Shown in pieces: positions 58,756-64,000 of a stretch of 64,000 nucleotides of DNA; the stretch's first letter is position 1; each line of letters opens with the position of its first letter. Origin of the DNA: Chrysomallon squamiferum (taxonomy: Eukaryota; Animalia; Mollusca); NCBI GenBank assembly GCA_012295275.1, contig CM022676.1:3844001-3908000 (forward strand). Reading direction: 5' to 3'. The position numbers and the translations under genes were made by a program. Under the pieces are notes generated by a model. That model was given only the letters and a program-made list of their open reading frames with translations. It was not told the DNA's origin and made no database searches.

Positions 58756-59463
58756 GAAGAGAACGAAAGAGAAAATGAAACCTACAGGGAGAGACAGAGG
58801 CATACTTTTTATTCCACTCATTTTCTGTGAACTTAAAATCCTTTTTCTTTTTTTTTTTTTTTTTTTTTTTTTTTTGTCCGGTTGCAAATTAATAATTCAA
58901 AAGAAGCAGAGCCGCTATTTTAATATATTCTTTTCATTCGTTTTTTTTTTCACTTAAATTAAGTGCCACGAGTTAGTACGCTAATTGAAAAGATAAAATT
59001 TATATTAAAAAAAAAAAGAAGATATATTTCCCTGCTTCTACAGAATCGTTAATTTTACCGACATGTTAGCATCAACAGCTGCGTTGGGATTTCGTTTTCA
59101 TGTTGACTCCGCCTCGGATCAAACAAACTACGATATACCGAGGTGGCTGTTGATTACATGCAATATCGAATGCATGACATCAGATAGGCAGAAACAACCG
59201 TTATAGATTGATGAGTATTATATGTCGAGGTCGTTGTATCTGTAATATGAATAGACGTATGGAACTTTGCAACATGAGCTATGAAATATTAATATAATAT
59301 TGCTGCAGGGTGTTTTTTTTTTTTTTTGTTTTAACATAGTACATTGAAAATATGTGACCAGTTTTCAGAAAAGGTACGCAAAGTCAGTTAAAGTTTAGTT
59401 TGGAGGTTTTAACTTTCTGACGTTTTATTACAATAGGCGTTATTGTACATGTAATTATGGCTA

Positions 59464-59533
<70 letters not shown>

Positions 59534-59921
59534 CGTTGTTGCTTTCGTTGTTGGTGTTGTTATTTCGTTGTTGTTGCTTTATTGTTGTCATTCCGATGAT
59601 GGACTGTATTGTTGTTGTTGTTGTTGATGTTGTCGTATCATTGTTGTTGTACTGTAGTTATTATCCTTGTTGCAGTGCTTGTTGTGGTTCATGTTACAGA
59701 TATTATTAGTCGTTTATGTTTCATGTTGTTGTTGTTGTTGTTGTTATTATTGTTTTGTTGTCACTGCTATTGCAGCTGTAGTTGTGGTGATTCTGTTACT
59801 GTGGGGTATTACGCAAAGTCGTAGTATATGTTTTTTATCTGTAAGAAGATAATTTAAATTATCCTCGCTTATTACTGACACATTTTTTTCTCGCTAACGT
59901 TATCGTTAACAAAACAAAACC

Positions 59922-59953
<32 letters not shown>

Positions 59954-60649
59954 AAATAAATAAATAAATAAATAAGTAAACAAGTAAATGTTTTGTTGTT
60001 TTTTTTTTGGGTTTTTTTTTTTTTTTTTTTTTTCTATTCAGCCTTTTTTCACAACTGATATCGATATACTGATTCTTCGTTTTTGTTCTTTCTTTTGCGC
60101 TGCAGTTTATTTCATTTTCTTCTTTTTCATTCTTTTAACTATTATTTTACGTTTTTATTCTCATTATATATATATAAAAGAATAAAAAAGTAATATAATA
60201 ATTAAATGAATATATATTTATATTTGTTTAATATTTCAAATATTCATTGTGAAATATCTAATGTCAAAATTTTACGTCAGATAACAAAGGTATTTCCTGT
60301 TAAACAAATAATTATTTTGTCTTGTGCTGGCGATGATTAACTGAGGCAGGTACAAGTAAAATGTTCGTGTCTAAATAGATGTGATATGGACTTTTTTCTT
60401 TTCTGGGGGGATAGATCAGATAAACAAAACATACATAAAACTGTACAGTATTCTGATAGTGTGATACAAAGTGAATGCAAATAACAGTAATAAATGTAAT
60501 TAATTATGAGCACGTAGTTTGTTTTATTTGAACCGAACAGATTTTTTACAAATGTACGTCAGTACTCACTGTTTGCTGGGGAAAATGAAAACGAAAGTAC
60601 AAGAGAAAGTTGAAAAACTTTATCCCAACTTTTATTACTATTATTATTA

Positions 60650-60701
<52 letters not shown>

Positions 60702-60757
60702 TTAATCTTGAAAATATCTTTAACTCATCATTTCAGTGTCACTGCCGGTCAAACTCG

Positions 60758-63028
<2,271 letters not shown>

Positions 63029-64000
63029 ATGTTTGATTCTGTATTAAAAACGTTTAGGATTAAACTTAGATGCTACTTCTTCTGTATTATAAGAAAATGA
63101 AGAGAAATTCTCCAGTCACAAGTTAAAAAAAAACATAAAGCACACTGATTACTTTTGTGTTTTGTGTTTTCGTTTTACGATTTAGTATCGAAATTCCACA
63201 CGAAATATTTTCTCTCCATTGTCTGTACAAACATGAACCATATTTTAACAGTATACTTAAAATAAAAACAACATAAATATATATATAAAAAAAAAAATCT
63301 TTAATTTCTCTTAATATCCTTAAAACTGGAAATGTTTCTCTTGTAAGTGTTATTAATAATATTCTGGACTACGATACTAAAAACGTATCTAGAAACAATT
63401 GATGCTGATGTTGTTACTGTTGTCGCCGTTTCTGCCGTTGTACAAGACGATTATGTACTTCCTTGTTGTTGTCGTCGTGGCTGTTGTTGTTTCTGACCAG
63501 CATGGTACCTGAACACGAACGCGGTATAAATTGTTGATGTTGTTTCAATTCTTGTCGTTGTCTTTGTTGCTCGTGATCACGACGATGAGGTATATCCCGA
63601 CTTATTTGTCACTGTCGTCGGCGCAGTTGTTGTTCAAAACAGTGGTATCTCATGAGACGTTGCTGGTGTTTGTGCCCGTTGTCGTTGATGATTTTAATCT
63701 TACAGCTTTCATCGTGTGTTGATTATAACTGACATCCGAATATAGACGTGTTTTTGAAATATATCAAATATATTATTCTTCCGAAATAAAAAAAAAAAAA
63801 AAATAAAAAAAAATTATGGAAACCGAGTCTAGAATCGAAAATGACTAACAATCTTTTCACCAGCGTAAACTAGAATTCGCACACGAAAATCACTGTCTGC
63901 ATATGGACTACAACCAAAGGAAAACGCTGCCTTATTTTATCTCGGTTCTAAACCTGGTACAAAATAATTATAATATATACATACGACAAGAATCCTACAC

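Noticed and set aside
63400-63722. GC-richer stretch with a short ORF upstream of FReD-B
   Set aside because: Degenerate (GTT/GTC)n-derived sequence; no sustained open frame or motif recognised.

Overview
AT-rich, microsatellite-dense, intron-containing animal DNA. A mollusc, probably a cephalopod, is inferred from composition and gene families, not proven. Most six-frame ORFs are microsatellite artefacts. Reading splice sites by hand reveals a tandem and inverted array of nine paralogous 4-exon genes, G1-G9. G1 is truncated by the window edge, G6 is a pseudogene, and G3 and G4 carry 1-bp homopolymer frameshifts. Each intact gene encodes a ~230-aa secreted protein: signal peptide + F-type lectin (fucolectin) domain + C-terminal PAN/Apple domain, with all introns in phase 1. 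Two ~93%-identical 5-exon genes follow, encoding N-terminal PAN/Apple + fibrinogen C-terminal (FReD) proteins. Highlights: (i) the canonical fucose-binding motif H-x26-R-x-D-x4-R/K is replaced, with exact spacing, by S-x26-S-x-D-x4-S in every paralog; (ii) a 46-nt exonic core is essentially invariant at the DNA level across divergent paralogs and lies just upstream of a hypervariable loop; (iii) the paralogs are exon mosaics; (iv) the TGACGTCA palindrome is strongly enriched. A mariner-type relic and a MITE are also present.
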